From a bacterium (lineage in GTDB: Bacteria; UBA8248): a stretch of DNA of 64,000 nt. Position 1 is the first letter of the stretch. The number at the start of each line of letters is the position of its first letter. A program made the translations under genes and the position numbers. The DNA is taken from assembly GCA_965219955.1 (NCBI GenBank), contig OZ244799.1, positions 2,464,001 through 2,528,000 of the forward strand, in the 5' to 3' direction. Shown here piece by piece: positions 10,638 to 20,088 of this stretch. The notes beneath the pieces are model-generated. The model worked only from the letters and a program-made list of their open reading frames with translations, made no database searches and was not told where the DNA came from.

Positions 10638-11459
10638 CTATTCCCGCGTGCCCGTGCGTCTGGAAAAGTAGCCTCTCTTCATCCACATGCGCACCTTGTG
10701 CGGCAACATGCGATATGAAAACCAAAGCGGCAACAGAACTCGATACGCAATTCCGCCCCCCAGGATGCGAATCGCCCTGTTTTGCAACACAACCCCATCG
10801 AGAACATAGCGAAGCCTGGCGCCCCGCTCGAAGAACTGTCTCGCGTGGATTCTTTTTGCCGCCACAGGCACCTTCAAGGACCCGAGCTTCAACCCGTTTT
10901 CATACAATCGAACGTACAGGTCCCAATCGAGTTGGCCAGAGCGTCTCTCGTCGTAGCCTCGGATCAGCTGCATCGCCTTGACTCTCACGAACAAAGAAGT
11001 GTGAACGACAGGATTGAACAACATGAGTTTCTTTCTCACGTCGCTCAGCGGATTCCTTGTTTTTTCCAATCCGAATGCGGGCCAATGTGGAACGTCTTCG
11101 GCATGAAAGGCGAACAGCGGAGAAACGACAGCGGAATAATCAGGAAAACGCCGCATTACCACTTTTTGAATTTCAAATCTTCTGGGGTGAGATAAATCGT
11201 CGGCGTCATGGCGGGCGATAAATTCGCCCCTGCTCTCGCTCACCCCGAGGTTGAGTGCTTTCGCGAGTCCGATTCTTCCCGCCTCGATCAGACGAATTCT
11301 GGGGTCGCGAAACTGCTTGACGATGTGAACAGTATCATCCGTGGAGCCATCGTCGATGATGATGCACTCAAAATCGGATTCCGTCTGTGCGAGTATGCTC
11401 TTAACGGCATCGGCGATGTATTTCTCGGCGTTGTAAGACGTCATCAAAACGCTTATCAC
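10638..11459 (-). CDS. Glycosyltransferase family 2
   Basis: 'ISVLMTSYN', 'IDDGSTD', 'ARHDADD'. Confidence 0.92.
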   Translation of the reverse strand: MISVLMTSYNAEKYIADAVKSILAQTESDFECIIIDDGSTDDTVHIVKQFRDPRIRLIEAGRIGLAKALNLGVSESRGEFIARHDADDLSHPRRFEIQKVVMRRFPDYSAVVSPLFAFHAEDVPHWPAFGLEKTRNPLSDVRKKLMLFNPVVHTSLFVRVKAMQLIRGYDERRSGQLDWDLYVRLYENGLKLGSLKVPVAAKRIHARQFFERGARLRYVLDGVVLQNRAIRILGGGIAYRVLLPLWFSYRMLPHKVRMWMKRGYFSRRTGTRE

Positions 11460-11497
11460 GTCGAATTCCTTTGCCTGGGACGAATTCCATCAAAACA

Positions 11498-13423
11498 TCA
11501 AAAGCTCACCGAACGATGAGCGTCCAGCATCTCGCGAAACCAAAGCTCCAAAATCGCCAGATACCAAATCAGGGGGTAGGAGGATTTCCCTTTCCTGAAA
11601 CGGGTGTATAACTTGCGCACCTCCTTGGGTGAGAAAATACCTCTTCTGCGAAGCGACTCCTCACTCAGCGTGTCCTCTAGAATTTCTCGCAAATCCTCTT
11701 TCATCCACTTCGCCATCGGAAGGGCGAAACCCTGTTTTCTCCTGGCTGAAATCTCAGGTGGGATGACGTCGCGAAGCGACGCCTCAAGCAATCTTTTCGG
11801 ATATCCCCACTTCTTCTCCCACCCGGGCGGCAGACCACAGACGAATTCCACGACGCGATGATCGACGTACGGCACCCGCACTTCCAGGGAATGGGCCATG
11901 CTCATCACGTCGGTATCCCGCAAACATCTCCATCCCATGTACACCTGCATTTCGAGTTCGCTCAGAATCCTCCAAGGCCTCTCGCCGACACGGACCAACG
12001 AGTCGAGCATCGCCAAAACACCTTCATCCGCTTTGCGATCGCGAAAGTGGGCCTGAAGTAGCGGGGAATACAAGGCTCTTTTCTCCTCGGGCCACAACAA
12101 AAGGCGCGCCATGGCATATAAACCAACCGGCGATTCCAACCATTGCAGCCGATGAAGCTTTTGGATGCGTTCTGAAGACATGCCCGGGTTGAGGCGGAGC
12201 ATCAACGAGACGAGCGCTACGAGGATTTTTCTCGCCGCCAAAGGCAACTTTCCCCATACGGTCGACAACCGCCACCAAAGTGGAATCAGGCGAAACGAGC
12301 CGTAGCCGCCGAAAAGCTCATCCGCCCCGAGACCGGACAAGGCGACGGTAACACCATCTTGCTTGGCTATCTGGGATACGAGATAGGTGTTGACTCCATC
12401 GAAGCTGGGCTGATCCAGGTGCCGCATGATCCGGGGAAGTTCCTCCACTAGTTTCGAGCCTTTGGGCACGAACTCGGTGTGGCGCGTTGAGAAGAATTGC
12501 GCGGCCGCTCTCGCATACCGCCTCTCATCGTATCCTGCAGGAGAGTCATCGAAACCGATAGAATAGGTCCTCACGGGTTTATCAGCCCGCCGCGACATCA
12601 GCCCGACAATTGCTGAAGAATCCACACCGCCGCTCAAAAAAACCCCGATGGGAACATCGCTTATCTGGTGGAGTTCTACGCTTTCCTCCAGCAAGCATCG
12701 CAGCCGGGGGACAATTTCCTCATCGGCGCAGCGCGTCGTTCCGGCCGCTGGCATTTTCCACCACTGCTCGATGGATGCACCCTTTTCCGTAATTCGCATC
12801 CGGTGCCCCGGAGGCAAGGCCTTCACGCCTTTCAGTAGTGTGCGCAGGCCGGGAACAAAGCCCAGGGAAAGGCTGAGATCGAGAGAATCCAGATCGAGCT
12901 CGGGGCGAATCGCGCCGCTTCTCACCAGCGCCCCCAGTTCCGAGGCGAACGCCCATCCCCCCGCGATACGTGCGTAGTACAGGGGTTTGACGCCGAGACG
13001 ATCACGCGTCAAAAGCAGGACTCGACGGTTGGCGTCCACAATCGCAAATGCGAACATGCCCCTTAAAAAACGGCTGCACTCTTCCCCTTCCTCCTCGTAG
13101 AGGCGCAGAAGAACCTCCGTATCGGAGCGCGATCTGAAGGCGTGGCCGCGACCCGCCAGATACCCTCTCAATCGTCTGAAATTGTAGATTTCTCCGTTCA
13201 ATGCAACACTGGTTCTTCCATCATCGCTGGTCATGGGTTGTTTCGCCGCCAAACCCGGATCGATGACGCTCAGACGCCTCACTCCGATACAGGCCGCACC
13301 GAAACGCAGAAGTCCCACATCGTCCGGGCCGCGATGCTTCATCGCATCACACATGCGAGCGACGCCTTCCTTTATCGAGGACGGCGAGAGTTCAAAAGAG
13401 ATGATTCCACAAATTCCACACAT
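11498..13423 (-). CDS. asnB: Asparagine synthase (glutamine-hydrolysing), second paralogue
   Basis: 'MCGICG', 'HRGPD', 'NGEIYN', 'LSGGVDSS', 'SGLGADELFGGY'. Confidence 0.92.
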   Translation of the reverse strand: MCGICGIISFELSPSSIKEGVARMCDAMKHRGPDDVGLLRFGAACIGVRRLSVIDPGLAAKQPMTSDDGRTSVALNGEIYNFRRLRGYLAGRGHAFRSRSDTEVLLRLYEEEGEECSRFLRGMFAFAIVDANRRVLLLTRDRLGVKPLYYARIAGGWAFASELGALVRSGAIRPELDLDSLDLSLSLGFVPGLRTLLKGVKALPPGHRMRITEKGASIEQWWKMPAAGTTRCADEEIVPRLRCLLEESVELHQISDVPIGVFLSGGVDSSAIVGLMSRRADKPVRTYSIGFDDSPAGYDERRYARAAAQFFSTRHTEFVPKGSKLVEELPRIMRHLDQPSFDGVNTYLVSQIAKQDGVTVALSGLGADELFGGYGSFRLIPLWWRLSTVWGKLPLAARKILVALVSLMLRLNPGMSSERIQKLHRLQWLESPVGLYAMARLLLWPEEKRALYSPLLQAHFRDRKADEGVLAMLDSLVRVGERPWRILSELEMQVYMGWRCLRDTDVMSMAHSLEVRVPYVDHRVVEFVCGLPPGWEKKWGYPKRLLEASLRDVIPPEISARRKQGFALPMAKWMKEDLREILEDTLSEESLRRRGIFSPKEVRKLYTRFRKGKSSYPLIWYLAILELWFREMLDAHRSVSF

Positions 13424-13552
13424 ACGAGCACCGGTTGTCTTTCACCCGCAAAGAAACTCATATCGCGTCCAATGGCGACGGACTCCGAACCCGGGTCGAT
13501 AACTCCGGAACTTTGCCTCGTGTTGGGTCTTTTCTATCTCGTGGAGTGGTGT

Positions 13553-14959
13553 TCATGGATTTTGAACGAAAGTGAGTTTAGCAGAAGGAGTCGTCTGAAT
13601 CCACTCGGCCGCTATTTTCTCCGCCAGCCAGAACTCATACGCGGAACTGATTCTCACGCTTTCCTCCGGAAGCATGGTGATGTGCCCTATTCTTTCTCCC
13701 AGAAATTTTCCGGCCTGAACCGTGCCCACTCGGCTCAGGTAAATCGCGCCGTTTTCCTTGAACAACGCCTTGTTTTCCAAGCGGAGCATTCTTTGCAGAG
13801 AGCCGTTGACGGGGGTGAGTCCGTTTTTCCCGTGATGGTAGAAAAATGAAATATCCTTTGTGATGGATATTACGGAATCGACGCGGAAGATCGTCATGGT
13901 GTCCACGGCCTTGTCGATGTGCCTGCCCCTGCGAAAAGGGGTGTTGACGCAGCATACGCAAACGGCGTCAGGGACATATCCCCGCTCCTCCAACGTCCTC
14001 AAAACATGAAGCGTCTTATCAGCCATCCTGGAGGTCCGTCTCGCCAGTGCTTTGGGTCTGAGGATTGCCTCCACTCCCTCGAAACGCTGCGCATAAACCA
14101 ATACATCTTCATCGTCCGAGGATACGACTATCCTGTCGACGGAGCGCGCTTCCTGGATTTGTTCCAGGGCTCGTTCCAACAGCGGTTTTCCCATCAACCG
14201 GGTAAAGGGATTCCCCAACTCGAATCCCGCACCCACGACGACGGGAACGAGCGCCAGCACTTTTGGTTTGCAGGGGAGGTTCATCTCCTCCACTATCCTG
14301 TTTTTGATTTTGCGTCGCGTCTCCAGAATCAGTCGTTGGGACTTCGACAAGCTCTCTCCGTGGCGGCGATAATAGAACAAGGGCAAATTCACGTTATATG
14401 GATGGTGCCGCTCGATAAATTTCAGCCACATCCCATAGCCGTCCTGGCGATCGAACTCCTCGAAATAACCGCCTATTTCCAGCAGAACTTCCCTGCGAAT
14501 CATGGTGCATGCGCCATGCGCCGGAAGATCGAGCAAATCGACTTCTTCTCCAATCTTCTGGCGACGAACGATTTCGACGATCTCTCCATCCTCGTCCACG
14601 TGATAATAGTCCGGATACACCAGACCCACGCCGCGCTTCGTGTCCAGGACATGGGAGAGAACCAAAAGAATGTTCTCGTCCAGGAAATCATCCGCATCCA
14701 GCCGCATGAGGTATTCGCCCCTGGCGATGTGCAGGGCGACGTTGTTCGTAAAACTCAAGCCCTTGTTTTCCTGCTCAAGAATGCGAATCTTGGGATGCGT
14801 TCCGTAAGGCGCGAGTATTTCTGAAGTGTCGTCCGTCGAGCCGTCGTCGATGACGATCAACTCCCAGTCGTCCATGGTCTGCTTCAGCACGCTCTGGATC
14901 GCGGCGTCGAGAAAACGACCGTAATTGTGGGCGGGAATGTATACCGTGACCTTAGGCAT
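13553..14959 (-). CDS. GT2 glycosyltransferase fused to a C-terminal NeuA-like cytidylyltransferase domain
   Basis: N-terminal GT2 ('IDDGSTD', 'LDADD'); C-terminal 'GKPLL', 'IVVSSDD', 'TPFR', 'ENGAIY'. Confidence 0.8.
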   Translation of the reverse strand: MPKVTVYIPAHNYGRFLDAAIQSVLKQTMDDWELIVIDDGSTDDTSEILAPYGTHPKIRILEQENKGLSFTNNVALHIARGEYLMRLDADDFLDENILLVLSHVLDTKRGVGLVYPDYYHVDEDGEIVEIVRRQKIGEEVDLLDLPAHGACTMIRREVLLEIGGYFEEFDRQDGYGMWLKFIERHHPYNVNLPLFYYRRHGESLSKSQRLILETRRKIKNRIVEEMNLPCKPKVLALVPVVVGAGFELGNPFTRLMGKPLLERALEQIQEARSVDRIVVSSDDEDVLVYAQRFEGVEAILRPKALARRTSRMADKTLHVLRTLEERGYVPDAVCVCCVNTPFRRGRHIDKAVDTMTIFRVDSVISITKDISFFYHHGKNGLTPVNGSLQRMLRLENKALFKENGAIYLSRVGTVQAGKFLGERIGHITMLPEESVRISSAYEFWLAEKIAAEWIQTTPSAKLTFVQNP

Positions 14960-14998
14960 GACGAATCAACCCTATTGGCATGAATTCTGCCCCCACGC

Positions 14999-16591
14999 TC
15001 ACTCCACCATGTCCATCGAGACAGCCTGATCCGCCTGGATGTTCGTTTTCGCCCGTTGGCCGATCAACGCATCCATCATCCAGCCCGGAAGTCCCTCTGC
15101 GGGCCGCTTCATGCCCAACATCGAGGATTCAATGGTCTCTCCGCACCGAATGTCCCGTTCGGCGACGATGCTGCGCCGCGCGCTGTTTCGCGCAGCTATC
15201 TCTGTCTGGCCGACTCCGAGCGCGCCGTCGCCCAAAACACCCTCCGCAAGACGAACGTTTTGCACCATTTTCTTCAAATCTTCCGGATTCATCGAAAAGA
15301 AATGCCCTGAACCGCTCAACTTCCGATCCAGGGTGTAGTGTTTCTCGATGACCTTCGCACCCAGGGCCGCGCCCAGCGCAGGGATGACCATGTGCGCATC
15401 CGGCTCCGTATGATCGGACAAACCGACGATGATGCCGGGATATCGCTCCCTCAAAGCGCGGATGCGCAGAAGGTTCGCGTCCTCGTTCGCCGCCGGATAA
15501 CTCAAGGTACAGGCCATGAGGATGAGTTGGTGGTTGCCCGTTGTGAAAATGGTGGCGACCGCACGCTCGATCTCCTCCACCGTCGAACCGCCGGTCGAAA
15601 GAATAACGGGCTTGCCGAAACCGGCCACGCACCTGAGCAACCGGCTGTCGGGAAGATCGCACGAGGCTATTTTGAAGATCGGCGCGCCCAAATCGTTCAG
15701 CATCTCGGCGCTTTCTACGTCGAACGGCGTGGAGAACGTAATGATGCCCTTCTCGCGGCCATGTTTGATAAGCGCCTCATATTCGGGCGCGCCGAAGCGA
15801 TCGAGTTTCCGGTAATACTCGATTTGCGGAATCCGCTTTCCCCGCCAGTAGGTCATCGCCCCTTTGCGCGTCAGTCGCACCGCCTTGTAGGTCTGGAATT
15901 TGATCGCATCCGCCCCGGCATCGGCGGCAAGGTCGATCATCTCCTTGGCCGCTTCTAAGTCACACATGTGGTTGCAGGCGGCCTCGGCGATTAGAAAGAC
16001 GGGATGTCCCGCGCCAATCATCTTGCCGTCGACGGCGATTTCCTTCGAATGCGGACTCATCTCATGCGCCGCCATGACGAAATCGAATGCCGTGTGGATG
16101 TTGATGCAATCATCCTGAACGATGGAAGTGCGCAGAGGCGGGTCCGCCGTAAAGGCTTTCATACTCATGATGCGAAGCGCCCCGTTGCGCTTGCCGTGGC
16201 GATCCACCGTGCACAAATCGTCGATCCGGTTATCTTTGACGTACTTCAACAGAGTATCCAGATCGCTTTTTCTGTTCGGATGATCAGGCTGAATCCCGAC
16301 GAGAAAGGAAATGTTCTCAAGACCCAATTTCTCTGCGACATCCCCGTAGACTTCGATGAGCGGCACCTCACCGCCCAACTCCGGGCCACGGAAATGAACC
16401 ATCGCGCCGTTTCGCCTGGCGATTTCGGCAACTTCTTCTGAATCAGTAGATACGACAATTTTATCCACGCTCTTGAATCTGCCTGCGTACCGAATCGCGT
16501 GCGCCACCAAAGATAGTCCGTCGATTTCCAGCAAATTCTTGTCCGCCAGGCGACTCGAATGCCGCTTGGCTGGTATCACGACGAAGATCAC
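14999..16591 (-). CDS. NeuA-like cytidylyltransferase fused to a NeuB-family nonulosonate synthase with SAF domain
   Basis: GTG start overlaps the upstream TGA (GTGA). 'IPAKRHSSRLADKNL', then 'IAEAACNH', 'KFQTY', 'STPFD', 'KIAS', 'GLSDH', 'IEKHYT', 'RRSIVA..KRPAEG'. Confidence 0.88.
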   Translation of the reverse strand: MIFVVIPAKRHSSRLADKNLLEIDGLSLVAHAIRYAGRFKSVDKIVVSTDSEEVAEIARRNGAMVHFRGPELGGEVPLIEVYGDVAEKLGLENISFLVGIQPDHPNRKSDLDTLLKYVKDNRIDDLCTVDRHGKRNGALRIMSMKAFTADPPLRTSIVQDDCINIHTAFDFVMAAHEMSPHSKEIAVDGKMIGAGHPVFLIAEAACNHMCDLEAAKEMIDLAADAGADAIKFQTYKAVRLTRKGAMTYWRGKRIPQIEYYRKLDRFGAPEYEALIKHGREKGIITFSTPFDVESAEMLNDLGAPIFKIASCDLPDSRLLRCVAGFGKPVILSTGGSTVEEIERAVATIFTTGNHQLILMACTLSYPAANEDANLLRIRALRERYPGIIVGLSDHTEPDAHMVIPALGAALGAKVIEKHYTLDRKLSGSGHFFSMNPEDLKKMVQNVRLAEGVLGDGALGVGQTEIAARNSARRSIVAERDIRCGETIESSMLGMKRPAEGLPGWMMDALIGQRAKTNIQADQAVSMDMVE

Positions 16592-17883
16592 CGCCCATCT
16601 CCTCTCGTTTTCATGCTTGAAATCACGGGCATGATTTGCCCCGCCTGCCGAAGCACGATGACTTTCGAATGAGGACCTCTCATCTCCAAGGCTCTCTCCA
16701 CCGCCGCCCCTATCGACCCGGCCCAACTGAATCCCATCCTCTCAGCCTCCTCGCGGCCGATATGAGGAGAAACCAATATCCCCTTCACGCGCCTGGAGAT
16801 GATTCTGCCGACGGCGACGAGCGTGTAGGCGAGGAGCTTTTCGCGAAATTCACCTGCCTCGACCTTTTGGTAAAGGGCATCGGGATCCCGGAAACCGTAA
16901 CGCTGAAAATTCGGGAATTGCGGGGAAACGCCCTCCCTGCAATCCGCGGCGAGGATGATCACCCCGCCGTCGCGGCAGACGACGTCCGCCGCACACACGG
17001 CTTTGATGGCCTGGCGCAGATCGATATCGGAGGGATAGGCTTCCGCGATAACGACTTCCGCTTTCGCGGCGACCGGCACGCCGTATAGCTCCAGGCATCG
17101 CCCGCAGCCCGCCTCGTGGGCCGCCTCCACGTCTCCGGCAACGGCGTCATAAATTCTTTCCTCATCCATCATGATCGTGTTGACGATGAAACGCAGCCCG
17201 GCCCGGCGCGCGATGCGAATGAACGCTCCCCTCACCTTGTTGTCGAAGTTGCCGAGAATTTCGCTCATCTCGTAATCCAGAGCGGCCCAATGGGTCGCCT
17301 CTATCGTCGACTCACCGCAAATGCCGGGCATCACGCTCTTCGCTCCACCGGAAAACCCCGCCGTCGCATGGGGGATGATGCTGCCGACGGATATGAGGAG
17401 ACCACTCTCCAGGATTTCCCTGTTCATCAGCACTTCGAAGCCCAGTTCACTCTGTCCCAAAGAAGTGAGCTTTGCAGGGTTTTTCCATTCGTGGTTGGTA
17501 ATCTGGAATCGCGACGTCAGTTCATCACCGAACTTGCGCCGTATCTCCTCATCCGTCATGGCGCGGTGTGTGCCCAATCCGATCAGGATGCGGATCGCGG
17601 AATCGGAAATGCCCGCCTCGGCGAGTTCATCCAGAATAATGGGAACCACACGATGAAGCGGGGTATGGCGCGTATTGTCGTCGGTGACGATCAACACCCT
17701 CCCGGCACCTTTGGAAATCTCCCGAAGAGGGGGAGAGCCGATCGGGTTTCGAATCCGCTCCCTGAGGGCTTCATCGTCAAGGCCTGCGCCTTGATGCAGG
17801 GAGGGGCCATAGACGCCCATCAGCCGCCCATCCCCGATTTCGAAGTCTCCGAACAAATCGGTCGTCAAGGATACTCGGGTCAT
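16588..17883 (-). CDS. larA: Nickel-pincer-dependent lactate racemase (LarA) family protein
   Basis: 'DDNTRHTP', 'GLGTHRAM', 'PHATAGFSGGAKSVMPG', 'ATHW' and 'QAIKA' match LarA active-site and cofactor-binding motifs. Substrate unknown. Confidence 0.85.
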   Translation of the reverse strand: MTRVSLTTDLFGDFEIGDGRLMGVYGPSLHQGAGLDDEALRERIRNPIGSPPLREISKGAGRVLIVTDDNTRHTPLHRVVPIILDELAEAGISDSAIRILIGLGTHRAMTDEEIRRKFGDELTSRFQITNHEWKNPAKLTSLGQSELGFEVLMNREILESGLLISVGSIIPHATAGFSGGAKSVMPGICGESTIEATHWAALDYEMSEILGNFDNKVRGAFIRIARRAGLRFIVNTIMMDEERIYDAVAGDVEAAHEAGCGRCLELYGVPVAAKAEVVIAEAYPSDIDLRQAIKAVCAADVVCRDGGVIILAADCREGVSPQFPNFQRYGFRDPDALYQKVEAGEFREKLLAYTLVAVGRIISRRVKGILVSPHIGREEAERMGFSWAGSIGAAVERALEMRGPHSKVIVLRQAGQIMPVISSMKTRGDGR

Positions 17884-19790
17884 CAGCCCGTCTCCGCCTC
17901 ATCGTTTCGCCACAATCCGGAATCGGGGGATGAGAAAATATCCACCCATTCCGCACGCCAGTTCCTGCTGCTCCTGTAGTAGCGATGCGTAAACTCGGCG
18001 ACGGCTTTCCGCGTTTGGCCGTCCTCCCACCATGAATCGACGTCGGGCCAGATGGCGTTCAGGTGTCTCGCCGCGCTCTCGCCGGATGAATGATGAACGC
18101 TCACGCTTGAGAGTTTATTGAAGTAGGGCTTCGAATAATGTGAAATCCGCCAGGCGTTTTGATGGCCAAAGAAGAGGGTCGGGATGCCCGCCGCCATCGT
18201 GAAGGCTGCGGTCGTCGCCGGGCGATCGAGAACACAAACGCCGCATTCTGCCAAGGCGGCCGAGAGGCGACTCGGCATGTATCGCGCCAGTTTCCCGCGA
18301 AGGATTCTTACGTCAGGATATCGCCTTTCGATGTATTCCTGATCATAAAGATTGTTTCTCCTGCGCATATACGGCCTGTACCACAAGGAGGAGCGGGGTG
18401 TGCCATCCAAGTTTTCGATGAAACTCGTCTTATCCCGCATGTAGTGCGCGATGTCTTCGGGAATGCAGTCCGCCGCCAACCATTTGAGATAGGGCGTGAG
18501 TTCGGAACTGACCAGAATGATGGATGAACCCCGCTTCTTGCTCCGCCTCATTTTTGAAAGAAAAGGAGAGGATGCCGGCGTGGCGCTTACCCGATAGCCA
18601 GATTGGCGCTTCCATCCCCACGATATGAACCGATCGGCCGTCTCATACTCCGCAAGGTGATGCCAGGGTGCCGATTCGACGATGCCGTAGTTTCCTCCGT
18701 GTTGATTGATGACCAGTCTGACGGGGCGTTTTTCGAGGAGAGCAGCCACATAAAAATTCGACTGATCGTCGTTGCCCAGATGTCCATAAGCGACGGTGTC
18801 CGTCCAGGGCGCCGTCGCCTTCACCTTGAGCAGGGCCTTTTTCTCGTTCGCCGGATAATGATCCGTGAATAACTTCGGCATCGTCTCAGAAACGAGTTCA
18901 TCCAAGACTTTGAGAAAAATCCCGGCCTCGCAAGCGGTAATGTTCCTGACCGATTGGAGTTCTCCAACCACGTCTTCCCTGGTGTGGTGTACAGTTCCCG
19001 CTTCAGGCGTCTTCCGGAACGATCTCGCAGCCTCCTTCCACCGTTTTCTGTTTCGAAACCACATGCGCATGGAAATATAGACGGCATCCAGTGGGCTAAA
19101 GCCATGAACCTTATGAAACTGTACGCATCCCAAGTTTGAGGAGAGGATGCTCGCCCAGCGATACACCTCCATTTTTCTTTCCACTTTTTTGAAAACGTCA
19201 TGGTTTTCCGCTGGTTGCTTACCCGGGGGGTGGTTTGAGGAGAAATACAAATCTTCCGGGGCCGGCGCATCCTCTCGGAGTACCCAGCCCCGGGGCTGGA
19301 ATATGCGGATAAACCTGCTGAAGATCAGCCGGTTCAGTGGATCATCGATCATCATCTGGTTGAAATGAGGCGTCGTGATGGATGAGAGTGTCTCTTCGCT
19401 CGGTGCGAGATAAACCAGATACGGAACGCCGCTCCTGACCCGATTCCTTACGCGCAAAAACCGCTCGAATGCGCACATGACCAGATTGACGAGCCAGGGC
19501 ATCAGCAAGATACGCCAGTAGCGATTCGAATAAGAACACCCGTGGTATTCGTTTAGCCTCGAGGCCAATCGAAAAATATAAAATTCACAAACCTTCTCCA
19601 GTCTCCTGGAGGCGAAGTGGACTTCCTCGCTTCGGAGTGGGGGTTCGATTCCGCATTTACCCCACTTCCACCTGAAAAACTGGGATTCGGGGAGTGACCA
19701 GGGACCCAGATGCTCGGCCTTTCGTTCATCCGGGACGGGATCGATTTTCGTCAGTATAAGTTGTTTCATGCGTCGGGCACTTTTTCCCAC
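17883..19790 (-). CDS. LIC12162-family putative transferase (surface glycan locus)
   Basis: 'HLGPW', 'LNEYHG..YS.RYWRILL.PWL', 'QHGGNYG', 'FISWGW', 'DSWW'. Start uncertain. Confidence 0.7.
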   Translation of the reverse strand: MGKSARRMKQLILTKIDPVPDERKAEHLGPWSLPESQFFRWKWGKCGIEPPLRSEEVHFASRRLEKVCEFYIFRLASRLNEYHGCSYSNRYWRILLMPWLVNLVMCAFERFLRVRNRVRSGVPYLVYLAPSEETLSSITTPHFNQMMIDDPLNRLIFSRFIRIFQPRGWVLREDAPAPEDLYFSSNHPPGKQPAENHDVFKKVERKMEVYRWASILSSNLGCVQFHKVHGFSPLDAVYISMRMWFRNRKRWKEAARSFRKTPEAGTVHHTREDVVGELQSVRNITACEAGIFLKVLDELVSETMPKLFTDHYPANEKKALLKVKATAPWTDTVAYGHLGNDDQSNFYVAALLEKRPVRLVINQHGGNYGIVESAPWHHLAEYETADRFISWGWKRQSGYRVSATPASSPFLSKMRRSKKRGSSIILVSSELTPYLKWLAADCIPEDIAHYMRDKTSFIENLDGTPRSSLWYRPYMRRRNNLYDQEYIERRYPDVRILRGKLARYMPSRLSAALAECGVCVLDRPATTAAFTMAAGIPTLFFGHQNAWRISHYSKPYFNKLSSVSVHHSSGESAARHLNAIWPDVDSWWEDGQTRKAVAEFTHRYYRSSRNWRAEWVDIFSSPDSGLWRNDEAETG

Positions 19791-19914
19791 ACCTCATCGC
19801 ATACGCATGAGGCGTGACCGGAGTAACGGCGCTGATGGCCGTCCCCCCAAGGCGCGCGTTGTTACACCCTCGCGCCGCCCGACTTGACGGGAAAGAAATC
19901 TCGATATTCAGGCT

Positions 19915-19992
19915 TGGCGTCCCCAAGGGGATTCGAACCCCTGTTGCCGGCGTGAAAGGCCGGTGTCCTGGGCCAGGCTAGACGATGGGGAC
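19915..19992 (-). tRNA. tRNA-Glu (anticodon TTC)
   Basis: Reverse complement is GTCCCCATCGTCTAGCCTGGCCCAGGACACCGGCCTTTCACGCCGGCAACAGGGGTTCGAATCCCCTTGGGGACGCCA: acceptor stem, T-loop GTTCGAATC and encoded CCA. Confidence 0.97.
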
Positions 19993-20088
19993 AAGCAAAA
20001 TCCTTGATGGCTGACAGGAAGATCCCGAACCATCAAGCGGAGGATTTATACTGGTTTTCGCGCCGGAAGTCCATCCTGTTCCACTGTT

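Noticed and set aside
19915-19992. tRNA-Glu as an integration site for the glycan locus
   Set aside because: I found no duplicated tRNA 3' end and no integrase in the window.
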